Shown one piece after another: positions 11,716-23,920 of a DNA stretch of 64,000 bases (position 1 is its first letter; each line of letters begins with the position of its first letter). Source of the stretch: Camelus ferus (Eukaryota); NCBI RefSeq assembly GCF_009834535.1, contig NC_045707.1:59832001-59896000 (forward strand), in the 5' to 3' direction. The notes below the pieces were generated by a model. It saw nothing but the letters and a program-made list of their open reading frames with translations. It ran no database searches and had not been told where the DNA came from. The position numbers were made by a program, and so were the translations under genes.

Positions 11716-12807
11716 CTTGCTTACTCTGCCTCTGGGGGTAATGGTCACAAAGATGTAAGACAGGTGATGAGGAGAGAGGAGGAGTTTGGGAAGTGGTGGT
11801 TAAATGAAGGGATACCAGTTTGACCAAAGCTCTTGTGTAATGCTGATTATACTTTAGGTGTAACATTGAAACATACACGCAATGGAGCGCAGTTACAGAT
11901 GTACACCCATGCACACCTGGTGTAGGCTCACCCCCACACACTTGAAAGAAATGTTGTTTCAAATCCTTACTCGTATTTGAAAAAGTTAACTTTGTATGTA
12001 GCAACATTTTGTTTGTGTTTGTTTACTTTTTTTCCTTGCGTCCTTAATTTCCAAACTGATGCAGTTTCAGAACTGACAAACTGAAAACTCCATCAACCTG
12101 TTTTGGCTTGAAAAGTGAGGTATGAGTTGATACAACTCACACAGTAGTCATGATGATGTATGTTTAGTATTAAATCAATTAATACTGTGGGGAAAACAGG
12201 TGTTTGTGTTTTATGCAATTAAAAATTTTAACTCAAAAATTATTTAAGGGAAAAAGCTTTTCCTAGTAAAATGCGAGATGTTTAAAATGACTCAGATTGT
12301 TGAAAAAAATAAAACTTAACTGACAAAAAAAAGATTTGTATACAATGTTTTCTTAAAGAGTATAATTTATAACCGTTAAGTACAAATTAAATAAATGCAT
12401 TGTTGCTGTAAATTGAAAATTATGCAATAAACATAAGGCATAAGCAATTTTCTTTCATGAAATAAAAACCTGATTGTAAGGAAGGCATTCTTAACAAATG
12501 TAGTATTGACATATTCAATTAAAATGCTCATCCTTTTAGAAAAGAACAAAAAGGTGAATCTTTTCACCAAAATCCCTTTGGATAAAACAAATCTATTTTA
12601 TTGCCAACTTGTATTTTGTTTTCATGTTGTCTGTATAGCCCAGGAATGGAGACTAAAGAATGAAACACTTGCAATGTAATCATAATGAAATGTAAATATA
12701 TAATCATCAAACCTATGTGTGAAGTTTAATTTTTATAAATTTAAAGTACCTATTAATTATAGTTAGAAAAAGCATAATACTTTGGAGAAATATATGCAAA
12801 ACTCCAT

Positions 12808-12900
12808 TTCATCATTCAATAAACATGTATTAAGTATTCAGTATGTGCTATGTATGGGCATCTACTCTCAAGTAGCATGTAGACTATTTCTGAGAGACAT
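12808..12900 (-). mobile_element. L2 3' tail
   Basis: TCATTCAATAAACATGTATTAAGTATTCAGTATGTGC. Confidence 0.6.
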
Positions 12901-12919
12901 TCAGAGTGAGATGTCTTTT

Positions 12920-14385
12920 AGAAGTCCTAAGGAATCTATGAAAAACTACTAAAACAAATAAATGTAGCAAGATTATAGGATACAAGATAGTGTTTGACAT
13001 GATAAGAACAAAATACCTGAAATGTAATTAAGAAAATAAGTTTTTCATAGTAGCATCAAAAGAATAAAATATTTAGGAATAAATTTAACATAAGCACAAT
13101 ACTTATAAACAAAAAATTATAAACATTGCTGAGAAAAATTATAAAAGGCCTTAAAAAAGGTGAGATATGCCATGTTCATGAATTAGAAGACTCAATACAA
13201 TTAAGAAGGCAATTCTCCAAGCTGAGCTACAAATTTAAGAGTACCTTAATCAAAATACCAACCATCATTATTGCAGAAACTAACAAGCTAATCCTAAATT
13301 TTATATATAGAAAGGCAAAAAACCTAAAACAGTTAAAACAATTTTAAAAAAGAAAGTCAGAGTTGAAGGATGTACACTCCTCAACTTTAAAACTTAATAT
13401 AATGCTACAGTAATCAAGACAGTATGCTGTTTCCATATAGACTGACATAAATACAAATGAAACAGAATAGAAAGTCCAGAAACATACTCTCCAGTTATAT
13501 CAACTGATTTTCCACAAATGTGTCAATGAAACTTGAGAGGAAAAGGAAAGCCTTTTCAGTAAATGACAATGGAATGACTGGATAGTTATATGAAAAACGA
13601 AAGATCTAGCCTCACACCATTTACAAGAATAAATTCAAAATGAAAAATATACCTGAATGTACAAATTAAAACTAAAAACCATCTAGAAGAAATAGAAGAA
13701 GAAAATAGGGAAAAGGGGAGAAAACCTCTGACTTTGGGGTTAGGCAAAAATTTCTTATATGTTATTCCAAAGGCATGATTCATCAAAGAAGCAAACTGTT
13801 AAATTTAACTTCAGCAAAATTAAAAACCTTTCTTTTCGAAAAACACCATTAAGTGAAAAGATAAGCTACAGACCAAGAGAAAATATTTGCAACTCACATA
13901 TCTAATACAGGTATTATACCTACAACATATAAATAACTCTAAATAGGCAATAAACAACTGAATCAAAAGTGAAAAAAGATCTGAATTAGACAGGTAGTAG
14001 GTACATAAATGCATTCTCAACATCATTAATCATATGAAATGCAAATTAAAATCACAATAGGCCACTCCTTACACTAGAATGGCTAAAACCAAAAAGTCTG
14101 AAAAAAAATCCAAGTTTGTTAAAGAAACGGAAAACTAGAACTCTCAATAATTGCGGGTGGTAAGGTAAAATGGTAACCCCATGTTGGATAACAGTTGGTC
14201 AGGAATGGAGAGGAAGACTGACTGCAAGGGGTCATAGAGGAACTTTTGGTGAAGACAGACAGGCTCTAAAACTGGACTGAGGCAGTGGTTACATAATTGT
14301 ACATATTTCCTTGAATGTATCGAACTGTAAACTTACAATGGTGAACTTTACAGTGTATAAATTATAAATCAACTGTGAAAAATAA
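12920..14385 (+). mobile_element. Old L1M fragment (ORF2 C-terminal part and 3' UTR)
   Basis: ORF 13126-13347 (KLSYKFKSTLIKIPTIIIAETNKLILNFIY) resembles L1 ORF2p KLIYRFNAIPIKIP...EIDKLILKFIW; GCTACAGTAATCAAGACAGT; multiple stops and frameshifts. Confidence 0.9.
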
Positions 14386-14391
14386 ATGGAA

Positions 14392-14528
14392 TATATCTTA
14401 TAGTAACCTATAATAAAAAAGAATATGAAAATGAATATATGTATGTATATGTATGGTTGAACTATTATGCTCTACACTAGAAATTGACATAACATTGTAA
14501 ACTGACTATACTTCAGTTAGAAAAAAAA
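14392..14528 (+). mobile_element. Younger lineage-specific (artiodactyl/camelid) L1 3' end, 5'-truncated
   Basis: GTAACCTATAATAAAAAAGAATATGAAAATGAATATATGTATGTATATG...AACATTGTAAACTGACTATACTTCA plus A-tail; possible TSD AAATGGAAT/AAAAGGAAT. Confidence 0.75.
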
Positions 14529-15014
14529 GGAATGTCTTTGGGTAATTCATGTAGAAAATCTATAGTATAAACACACACACAGGAAAACGCACAGAATTGA
14601 TTCACAGAAGTGAATCTTTCTGACTTCCCCCAAATTTCCAGCTCCAATAATTTAATTTATGACACCACAATACTTGACTCAAATTCTGAGATAGAACAAA
14701 TTCCATTCAAATGGAAAAATGGGGCTGACACCTACTTGCTAAAATTTTTCTATCCTGTTTAACAAACCATATCTTTAAACCCACAGTGGTAGCTAAATGA
14801 AACAGCTCCAATTAGACTTTGCTCCACCCACTAAAAGTAATTTCTGATGCATTAATTTTATACATATAATTACCATAAAATAAGATGACTGTCTGTTATT
14901 TATCACTTCAGAGGTATTTGTATACTTTCTCTTGACTCAGAAATCCAGAATTTTTCCCAGTACCCTTCCCACATAGATACATACGTGTGTTTGCAAACAT
15001 GAAAATAAAAATAA

Positions 15015-15039
15015 ACACACACACACACACACACACACA
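15015..15039. repeat. (CA)n microsatellite
   Basis: Direct reading. Confidence 0.95.
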
Positions 15040-15104
15040 GAGCTTTAATGCATTTATGTATAACATATATTCATATATGGATACATACAAATAGTTCGAT
15101 TTTG

Positions 15105-15232
15105 TATTCAGCTAGTACTTACTATCTGCCAAACACTGTTCTAAGTGCTTCTAGCTTCACTACTGTCCCAACCTAAGAGAGAGGTAGCAGTAGTAACCTC
15201 ATTTTACAGACAAGGACACTAGAGAGAACTTA
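15105..15232 (-). mobile_element. MIR fragment
   Basis: CTTACTATCTGCCAAACACTGTTCTAAGTGCT...CTCATTTTACAGACAAGG. Confidence 0.75.
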
Positions 15233-17134
15233 AATCCCAAAAGCAGAACAGAAAGCTACCGTTTTTGTTTCCCTTTATCATTCCACTGTCTTCTGGTCAT
15301 CGCACCCCCACGACTACTCCTTTGAAAGCTACTCTGTCTGCACCTGTACCTGCCTGTCGCTAGCTACAGATGAAGAACGGGCCAAGTTCAAGCTAACCAG
15401 TGCCCCCGTCAAATTAGATTCCCAAACCTAGGACACGAGTTGCTGCTACACACAGCCCAAAGCACCTCTGACCCTTTCTTTTTCAAAGTCTGGATCTTCA
15501 GTTGTTCCTTTTTCTACATGAGCTGCCACACATACTTTTAGTAAATTCCAGTGTTTGTGGAAACGGCCACATTTTACTCTCTTGTATGTAACTGAAGTAG
15601 TCTAAAGAACAAGAAACACTAGCTCAGCTAAAATTCTGATTCTAGCCCCTGGAGCCTTAAAATATGAAAGGACCACTGGCCATCTGATGCAGTTGTCACC
15701 TCATCATATGTCCTTATGCACCACGTGTAGATGGGGATTCAGGACATTAAGGGCAAAGGAAGAGTCTGCCCTAATGATGGAACCAATTTCAGAGTTGTTT
15801 TTTGCGAAGTATTTTAAAATCCCTGTTGCTGTTAAATAATCTATTTCAATCATCATTCCTACAAGCAGCAAGAACTACTTAAAAAGAAAAAACATCATGG
15901 GAAAGATTTTGGTAGTAACAAACCAAGTCACCAGCAAAGTGGAGAAAACCCATCAGTCAGTCTAAGTCTGAAAAAATTAAGGGCTCACAGAGAAAAAGCA
16001 GTGGAAATTTTACTTCAATATATATTTTTTAAGTCCATATAAACATGGTGGGGAATATCCTTCAGTATTAATGACCGAAATTTTCTAAGGACTTGATGAA
16101 GTTCTGTTTTGCAATAGGTAAGGCAAGCAGCTGGGTTGAAAAGTGGAAAAGTTTTACAATTAATTGGACTCAAAGGGAGTGTGTCATCTCTGGCATTCTT
16201 CATTAAACTGTTTCAGCAATGTGCAACATATTTGTACTTTGTTGAGTTCTAAAGGCCCAGTAGTTAGTTTTAATAACAATCGGAGGTATCTGGATGAATT
16301 TCCTCTAGATTTGAAATAGCTGCTAACAATTGATGAGAAATAGGATTTTTGATCCTCAGTACTCACTCAGTTGGATCAACTCACTCGAAAACCAGGTGGA
16401 AAATCGGGAAACTGTTTCTATCATTAGCAGTACTTTTATTTTGATTCTTGATCTTCTCACTGACTTAATGATAGGTATTACAAGGCACATACAATTTCTT
16501 TATTAGTCTGCTTTTAAATGATACCATAAGTGGGACATTTAAGTCATTAACTTTAACTAATGGTCACCTACAACTGACATCAGGCTCCAAGAAAATTTTC
16601 AGACTTATGAACCACATGAAACAAAACATCCTTCTAAAAGTTAATTATAATTTATATAATTTTTAAATTAAGGTACTAAGCCACACTAAATAATTCAAAT
16701 CAGGAACATACAGAGATATTATAATGGTTCATAATTAATGGTAAAATGCTCTTCTCTCCATCAGATTTTTGCACTTAAATCTTCTCTCTTCAAATTACGC
16801 ATAAGATTAATTCAGAGTACCTAGTAACAAGGCTTCCAGATGTACCTCCTTCAAACTCAGCGTCGAGTGAAACACCCCATGACAGCAGAGAAGTGGCAAC
16901 TAGAGCTTCTTATCAAGTTCTTTGTTGTTCTCTCCAACTAGGAAACGCGCAAGGTTCAGCTTAATCGGTGATCTTCAGGGAAGATTTTCTTGACGCACCC
17001 CCTCCTCCACAGCCTAGGGTAAGCCAAGTTCCCCAATTACACCTCTCAAAATACCTCAGACTCCTCCTTTCAAGAGATTAAATACAAGAAATTAAATTAC
17101 TGTATGTGATTACTTGTTTAAGGAACATTTTTAA

Positions 17135-17232
17135 TTCTCAGCTTGAAGGGGGATGTGATTAACCGCTTCATCATCGCATCCCTTGAAGTCAGCACAGAGC
17201 CTGGCACTCAGGAGGCACTTACAAAATAAAAA
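17135..17232 (+). mobile_element. L2 3' tail
   Basis: AGCACAGAGCCTGGCACTCAGGAGGCACTTACAAAATAAA. Confidence 0.65.
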
Positions 17233-18044
17233 TAAGCAGGGAAGAAGAGACAGGAGGTTTGACAGGGGCCAAACCTGGAGAAGACAAATTTCTAACACAA
17301 CGAGAGACAGTGGAGGGACACCAGGGCTGTAACCCTGAAATTAAACAACATATCTCACTGTATTTGAACAGAAAGATCTTTGTTTCAGCACATTCTGGCT
17401 AAAGGATTCATGAAGGAACCCAAACTGAAATGAAAGAGGAAATCAAACTGATCTTGGAAGAGAAAATAAAACGACTGCAAGAGGAAACAAAAGTGTAGAC
17501 TGTCACTTTGAAAAGAACTATTACATCATTCATTTTGAAAGGCAGATGTAAAAATCTTCAGTCATACAAAATATAGCAGAGAGCTAGTGATACTGGCAAA
17601 ATGATTCTGCATTAGTCACATTACAGAAGACTGCTGAACTTTCATCTATTACAACACAGTCATTTTTAAATAAGATTACAATATAAAGGTCACAATGATG
17701 TATAGTTACAGTGCATATAAATTTCACTCTTATTTTAAAATTCAAATAGAAAATTTCTTATTATCTCTGACTTAGTCTTCCTAGTTTATATGTTGAATTG
17801 TACTTTGCGAATCAAAGATATTCCAAGCACTCAGTTGCATAATTTGTGCAAACATGATGTGCTAATTTATGCCTTTAAATTAAAGAAGATAAATTAAAAC
17901 TTGAAGTAAGTACCAACAGAACAAAAAATAATACAGCATATAGTGTATTACTATCCAGGGTTACATTAAAATGATCTCTGTCTCTTGTCACTTATACTAA
18001 ATACAGAACTTGAAATACACAAATACCATCATACTTTGAACAAT

Positions 18045-18150
18045 TTAAGGTCAATGACAACATATGTTTTATTCACTAAATTATCCTCAGTGCCTAGTAG
18101 AATGCCCCCCATGTAAGAGGTGCGCAATAAATGTTGAATGAATGAATGAA
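18045..18150 (+). mobile_element. L2 3' tail
   Basis: CAGTGCCTAG...CAATAAATGTTGAATGAATGAATGAA. Confidence 0.75.
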
Positions 18151-19964
18151 TTTCTCATTTCCAGTCTAGGTTCATCTATGTGGCAGAGGCCCTCTGCAGA
18201 GCTACTGGCTTGGATGAGGTCTAATTCAATATATATTCCGAAACTTACTTAAGACACTGAGGAAGAAAAGCACTGAGGAAGCTCAGATAGTAGGGATAAT
18301 CTGAGCCTGATGGATCTGGACCTAAGGCCCTGGGACCCTAACCCATAAATTTTGCTAGCAAAAGTAGAAAGTTCAGTAACGTTTGTGGAAAGTAGTACTG
18401 AACGAAACTTTAGCAGGCTTTGTCAGGTCTGCCCCTCACGCATGAGGCAAAACGGAGATAATTATGAGAGCAGACAGTCACCAAAGTGTTTGTGACATGT
18501 ATTAGGGGACTTGCTGGTTGTAGATTTCTTCATAATTTCTCCACAGCTGGACGAACAACAGCATTCAGAGGACAGCTCTTCCACTGCGTGCCAAGCCCAT
18601 CATCAAGCAGCAGAAATACTTGAATAATCAGTTTGGCCCTGATCCAACTATCACCATTTTATAACAAGCCAGTAATATATTCTAAGACTCTGTAATTTGT
18701 GAGATATAAATACTGCTATTAAATTGCTTGTCTGCTCTGTTCGCCACCTTTGATGTTTTTGACTTAAAACACCCTACATGACAAAGTCTCCAACCAAGAG
18801 CCCAATTAATTAAGTAAAATTAAGGGTGTCTGGGTGTGTGCGTGTGCATGTGTATGTGTTACTGAACAGATAATAAAGCTCAGGTTTCCAACTACGGCTG
18901 AATTACAGTGTAATTCAGGATCAGACCTCATTTGATAATAAATTCCAGCAGCTTCTTGGCTTTTATACTCCTCCAAAGAAATTCCTTTGAAACCAGGACT
19001 TACTTTTACCGGACAAAGCTGTAATACTCAATTATGCTTTGTATGCCTTTCCAAATAGGCATGATCTTTCAAATAGGCCAAAACCTCTATTTGGGCAATG
19101 ACAGAGGGTCCAACATCAGGGAAAAATCAGGATCTGTTTTCTTCTCTTTGTTATGTCATTATTTTTGAACCACTGCCCAGTTTCTCCCTGGTCTTGAGGG
19201 CCCCAAATGTAATATTATTGCATTTCCCCATCTGTTTTAGGAGAAGTTGAGATGCACACTGTAAATTAAGGTACAGAAAACCACATTTTTCTTCTATATG
19301 GTATAGAAATGGTAGAGCTGTGCTTTTAAATCAAGCAATTTCCTGACTGGAAGGCTTTATTTTTCTGCAGTAGTAAAACACAATACAGTAGTAATATCAC
19401 TAGAAAAAGTGATGCATCTATATGACTTCATTGCATCCCTTAGAGAGGCTTGGCACGGTATAACAACTGTCCTGGCTGTGAAATGTTAATAAATCACTTG
19501 ACTTGATGTCAAAAAGAAGCTGCACTAAACAAGCAGTGACTTGATTCTGATCACGTGCCTCTTCACGCGTTTCTAGAAAGAGGCAAGGAAGGTAAAATGG
19601 AGGGAAAACCTCTCAAGTCCCAAACTTTTTCAAATTTCTGAGTTGAAAACATAAATGCTTTTTCAGTTTCTGCAAAGAAAGCCGTGTTGCAAGTCTATAG
19701 TTTGGTTGCAGCCCAGAGCTGTTTCGGAAGACGAATGACTTGAACTTACTGTGATTTCAGCTGCTGCTGAAACAGAGTAAAATGTAATTTAGTGTACCAG
19801 CTAAGACATGCAGAGCCTTTCTAATGCACAGGGGAGCTGTTCTCTCTTTACCAAGAAATGTCACCTCCTAGTTATTTTTTTTAATTGTAAAGAGGTTAAA
19901 TGCTTAGCTTTTTAACTCTTCACTGTATGAATGTGCAATAATTTATTCATTCTCTTTTTGATGG

Positions 19965-20300
19965 CATCAGATTATTTCCAATTGTTGCTAACTTCATTTG
20001 CATTTCTTGCACACATGGACAAATTTCTCTAAGATTGATAAACATATATATATAAATATAATATAAATATATATACATATACATATATATATATATGTAT
20101 ATATATATAAAAAGACTATCTGAAACTGCCATTTTTGTAGGTCAAAACCAACTAAGTATCAGCAATTTCAAATGGTTCAACTTAATAGGAGTGGAATTAC
20201 TGGGTCACTTGAGGATTACTAGGTTTTACCAAATTGTTCTCCAAAATAGTTTTGCAATTCATATTTTCTTTATCAGGAGTATTTTACAGAAAGTTTTGCT
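19965..20300 (-). mobile_element. Old L1 (L1ME-like) fragment containing a (TA)n-rich tract (~20043-20110)
   Basis: GGAGTGGAATTACTGGGTCA and CCAAATTGTTCTCCAAAATAGTTTTGCAATT are antisense L1M ORF2-end motifs. Confidence 0.65.
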
Positions 20301-20627
20301 CTTTTCCAGTCTTTTCTGCAACATGATTACTCATCCCCCACTGAGGAATCGCTTCTTCCTGTGTGTTGCCAAACGAGTGTCTTTCTCTCTGCTCTGTGTA
20401 TCTGTGATTAGCTTTCCAAATTCATCATTTTTTTTGTACAGGGCACTTGGCAATTACAATCTTCTACTTCCCTGGTACATTTTAACAGCATAAAACTTAG
20501 TCAGAGGAAACAAACAGCAGCATATTTCAACAAGGTGGAGGGTGCATGAGACAAGAATCATCAATGAGCCTTAATCTCTTAAGATCTGGATCTAAGAAGT
20601 GAAATGATGGTCAGGAAGATTCTCTAC

Positions 20628-21525
20628 CAGGGCCTTTGCCTGGGCCATTCCTTCAGCCAAGGGGGTTATTCTTCAACTCTTTTCCACAACCAGTGTGCCC
20701 CTTTGGAAAGCTCAGGTCAAATGTTCCTCCTTGTCAAGTCATTTTTAGGCCTCCAGTCAGACTTTCATCTCTGCCTCCTCTATGCCTCTGAGCAACAGTG
20801 AACATGCTACATTTCTGCATGGACAACTCAGTCTATATGTGGGGGGGGGGTGCAGGTATGGGGGTAATTAACCCTAAGATTCTAGAGTCTTGAGTTTTAA
20901 GGTTGACGACTGCTTGGAGCACTCAGACATCACTTCCTTTAGGAAGCTGTGCCTCATCTCTGAAGTCTGAATTTGTTACTCCTACTCTGTGCTTCTCCTG
21001 GTAACTGATTTCTCTGTCCACTGTGGCATGGAGCCACCTCTCAGTGGGCTACCTGTTCACACGTAGGCATTCCTGGCCCCTGTGGTTCCCATTTGTCTTT
21101 CCGCACCAGGCACTCAGCACCCTCATACGTCACAGATGAATGGGAAATATGTGACACTTAACTTTTCGGCTTCAACACTGATGTCATACCCTGAGCCAAC
21201 CAACCACTGTTGTAGCAATAGAGTTGCAGGAAAGAACAAAGTAGACAAATCCTTGCCCTTGTGGATTTACATCCCAGTTGGTGGAAGCAGACAACAAAGT
21301 GGTAAATCTGTAATGTGCTGGATCATAAAGAGTGCTACAGATAAAAATAAAGTGTGTTGAATACAGGAATAATTGACTCCTCGTTTGTGCTTCGGTGTTC
21401 CTCTATAGATTATAAATCATCCGAGAGTATAGATCGGGTCTGTCTTGTTCATTCCTGAGTCATTTATACCTAGACAAGTGCCTGGCATCTAGACTAGATT
21501 GCTGACTGACTAAATTAATGAATGA
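20628..21525. mobile_element. Cluster of L2 fragments in mixed orientation
   Basis: +: GGGCCTTTGC...CTCAGGTCAAATGTT, CATCACTTCCTTTAGGAAG, TAGATTATAAA...GTGCCTGGCA...ATGAATGAA; -: AGACAAATCCTTGCCCTTGTGGATTTACATCCCAGT (~21230-21360). Confidence 0.65.
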
Positions 21526-23024
21526 AGGCCTCTCAGATAGTCCTTTCGACATATCAGATGAGCATACATAAAAACTTGTTTGTAAATCCAGATCCAAGTG
21601 GAGAGGGTCTAGCAACCCTAAACTTTATCTCAGTGGGTATTTTCCCTGCATCTACCTCAGTGGTTCTAAACTAGTAAGTCATGTGCCCATCATCACTTAT
21701 TCTTCAGTGTGAAATACTTTTGCTGAATAGAGATACTGTTACCCCAATGTCTACATAGAACATTGAACAAATGATGTGGAATATATTTGAGCTTAAAAAA
21801 GCACGGGTCCAAATAAATATTCATCCTTCCTAAAGTTATATTTCAACACTGTCACATGATTACATTAGAGAGCAGATTCAAGAAAATAAACGGTTCTACT
21901 CTGATAGAGTAACAAGGTTAAGAATAAACAAGTTCAGAGGATACCTATGACCTAAACACTGGGGATCTCAGTCCAGTGATGACACTAGAAATAGTACTGG
22001 TTTTATTGTTGTTTGGAGAGGTTTAATCTATTCAAGTATGATGGCCAAACTATTAGTGTATAAAAAATGTCACAGATTCAAAAAATAGTGTAAGAATTCT
22101 CTCTTAAGTTGCTCTACTCTCCAATCAGTATTTTTAGAATATCGAGAAGGTCCTTAGCAAACAAGAGACTTGCAGCTCATGTCGAATGGCCTGTAGATTC
22201 CTGTGAAGGACCGTGCACACCCACTACACACATGGGGCCGTGACTTCTCAGAGAAAGCAGATGCCTACACTGGGTGTGGCAGCCAAGAAAAGGTACGGAG
22301 TACAGAAGCAATGTGAGGTCGTAGCAAGCTGACGAGAAGTACACTAAGTGGATTCCTGGTCTTTAAAGAGAGTAATCCTAACGTAGAGGAGCAAACAGTC
22401 ATCTTTTCTTGGGGCTGGTAAGATGCATTAAGGGAAATTCCAAGATTTTATCCTTTGTTTTCAAACAAAGCAGCAGAAACAATTCCTCATTGTACTCAGG
22501 ATGAGACTGCCTTATAAAGTGAAGTTTGGCAGTTCATAAACATCATTCAAAGATCCTGTTTTTTTAATTAATATATTTAATTGGGGCCAGACATTAATAT
22601 CTCTCCTAAGACTTAGCTATGCTATGTTTTTCAGTGAATGATCAATTGCTCAAGAAATCCCTGTAGACAAGGAACATTATGTTCTATGCTCCAGCACACA
22701 AAGCAGATGACAAATGCCAGTAGAATACAACACAAAGGTGACTGTATGATGCATGAAATAGTGTCTGTTGAGAACCTTTGACTTGTTAAATAAAATGTCA
22801 ATTAATTTTTAAAAATGTCTATGACAGTAGTCAATAAGGAAATAAGGTAATACTACTTAAAAGCATGACTCTGCCCTATCACAGCACAATTTAAAAAATT
22901 AATTATATTCTTTGCAATTATATCTGGCATAGATCAGCTACTTAATAGAACACAGGACATTGTAAAATTTCTAAATGTATGCAATACATTTAAAACGCTG
23001 ATCTAACTACTGAAGTCGTTTGGT

Positions 23025-23260
23025 AGCAAGGTAGCATAGGGCATAGATTCTGGAATGAGACAGCCTAGATTTAAATCCGATGGCCCTATTGACTAGCTGT
23101 GCAAACATGAGCAAGTTTTTATGCCTCTTTTTCTTTTCTGTAAGATGAAAATAATAACAGTGCCCATCTTACTGGCCTCGCTCATGTCAATATGAGGATT
23201 AAATAAGCTCATATTTGTAAAATGCTTAGGATAACCTCTAGAACATAGCAGTTACTATGC
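23025..23260 (+). mobile_element. MIR, near full length
   Basis: TCTGGAATGAGACAGCCTAGATTTAAATCC...ACTAGCTGTG...TGAGGATTAAATAAG. Confidence 0.8.
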
Positions 23261-23659
23261 ATCTGTAGGATAAAATTACTTTTAAAATATGTACATCTTT
23301 GAAAAACAATGTTTTTGTCAACATCAGAAATGGCTTCAACTCTAGCTTTGAAGATAAAAAACTGGAAAAATGCTGCTATTTTCCTGATCATGAAGATATT
23401 TCCCCCCTACAATTCTAATGAATACTTAATCCTTACAATTCCAAGTGACATAAATAAATTTTACATCTCGGTGGTGTTTTAAATACTATAAATTCTATGG
23501 TCAATTTTTTTTGTCACGAGCATTAGTAATCACCTAAAGTCAAATATTTATGGCATTGATTTATTTTACATATTAAATCCATTATGCATGCATCACTTGA
23601 TGTTTATAAGCTAGGTAAATATTTTTAAAGAAAAAATATGTCACTTTCTGATATAATAA

Positions 23660-23920
23660 AGTAGAACAGATATAGAGAATAAGAAGATGACTTTAAAATT
23701 AAACTAAGATTTGAGTATTGTATCAGCCTTTTATTAATTCTGTAACCTTGGGAAGTTCATTTAATTTTCAGAGCTTTGATGTCCTCATCTTCAAAACAGG
23801 AATAATAATTGCTCCTACTTCAGGGTATTTTTGTTGAGAAGATTAAATGAGGTAATTCAAGGATAGGGCTTAATCTCTGAACCCCAAACAGGGTAAGTGT
23901 TCACTAAATGTTAACTGGTA
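23660..23920 (+). mobile_element. MIR
   Basis: TGTAACCTTGGGAAGTTCATTTAA...CCTCATCTTCAAAACAGGAATAATAA...GATTAAATGAGGTAAT. Confidence 0.8.

Noticed and set aside
12150..12156. Box C motif ATGATGA as C/D snoRNA
   Set aside because: No box D with terminal stem at a suitable distance; H/ACA layout also not satisfied.
13126..14026. ORFs 13126-13347, 13586-13786, 13820-14026 as genes
   Set aside because: Sense and antisense translations of decayed L1 ORF2.
16015..16400. Two adjacent minus ORFs and GTGAGT donor-like sites in unique sequence
   Set aside because: No recognisable protein and no coherent acceptor-donor pair.
19040..19095. CAAATAGGC direct repeat with inverted CTATTTGG (CArG-like)
   Set aside because: CC(A/T)5GG is one base short of a CArG box; repeats too short to be significant.
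20095..20493. 132-aa hydrophobic ORF
   Set aside because: Starts in a (TA)n tract and runs through antisense L1; hydrophobicity reflects T-richness.
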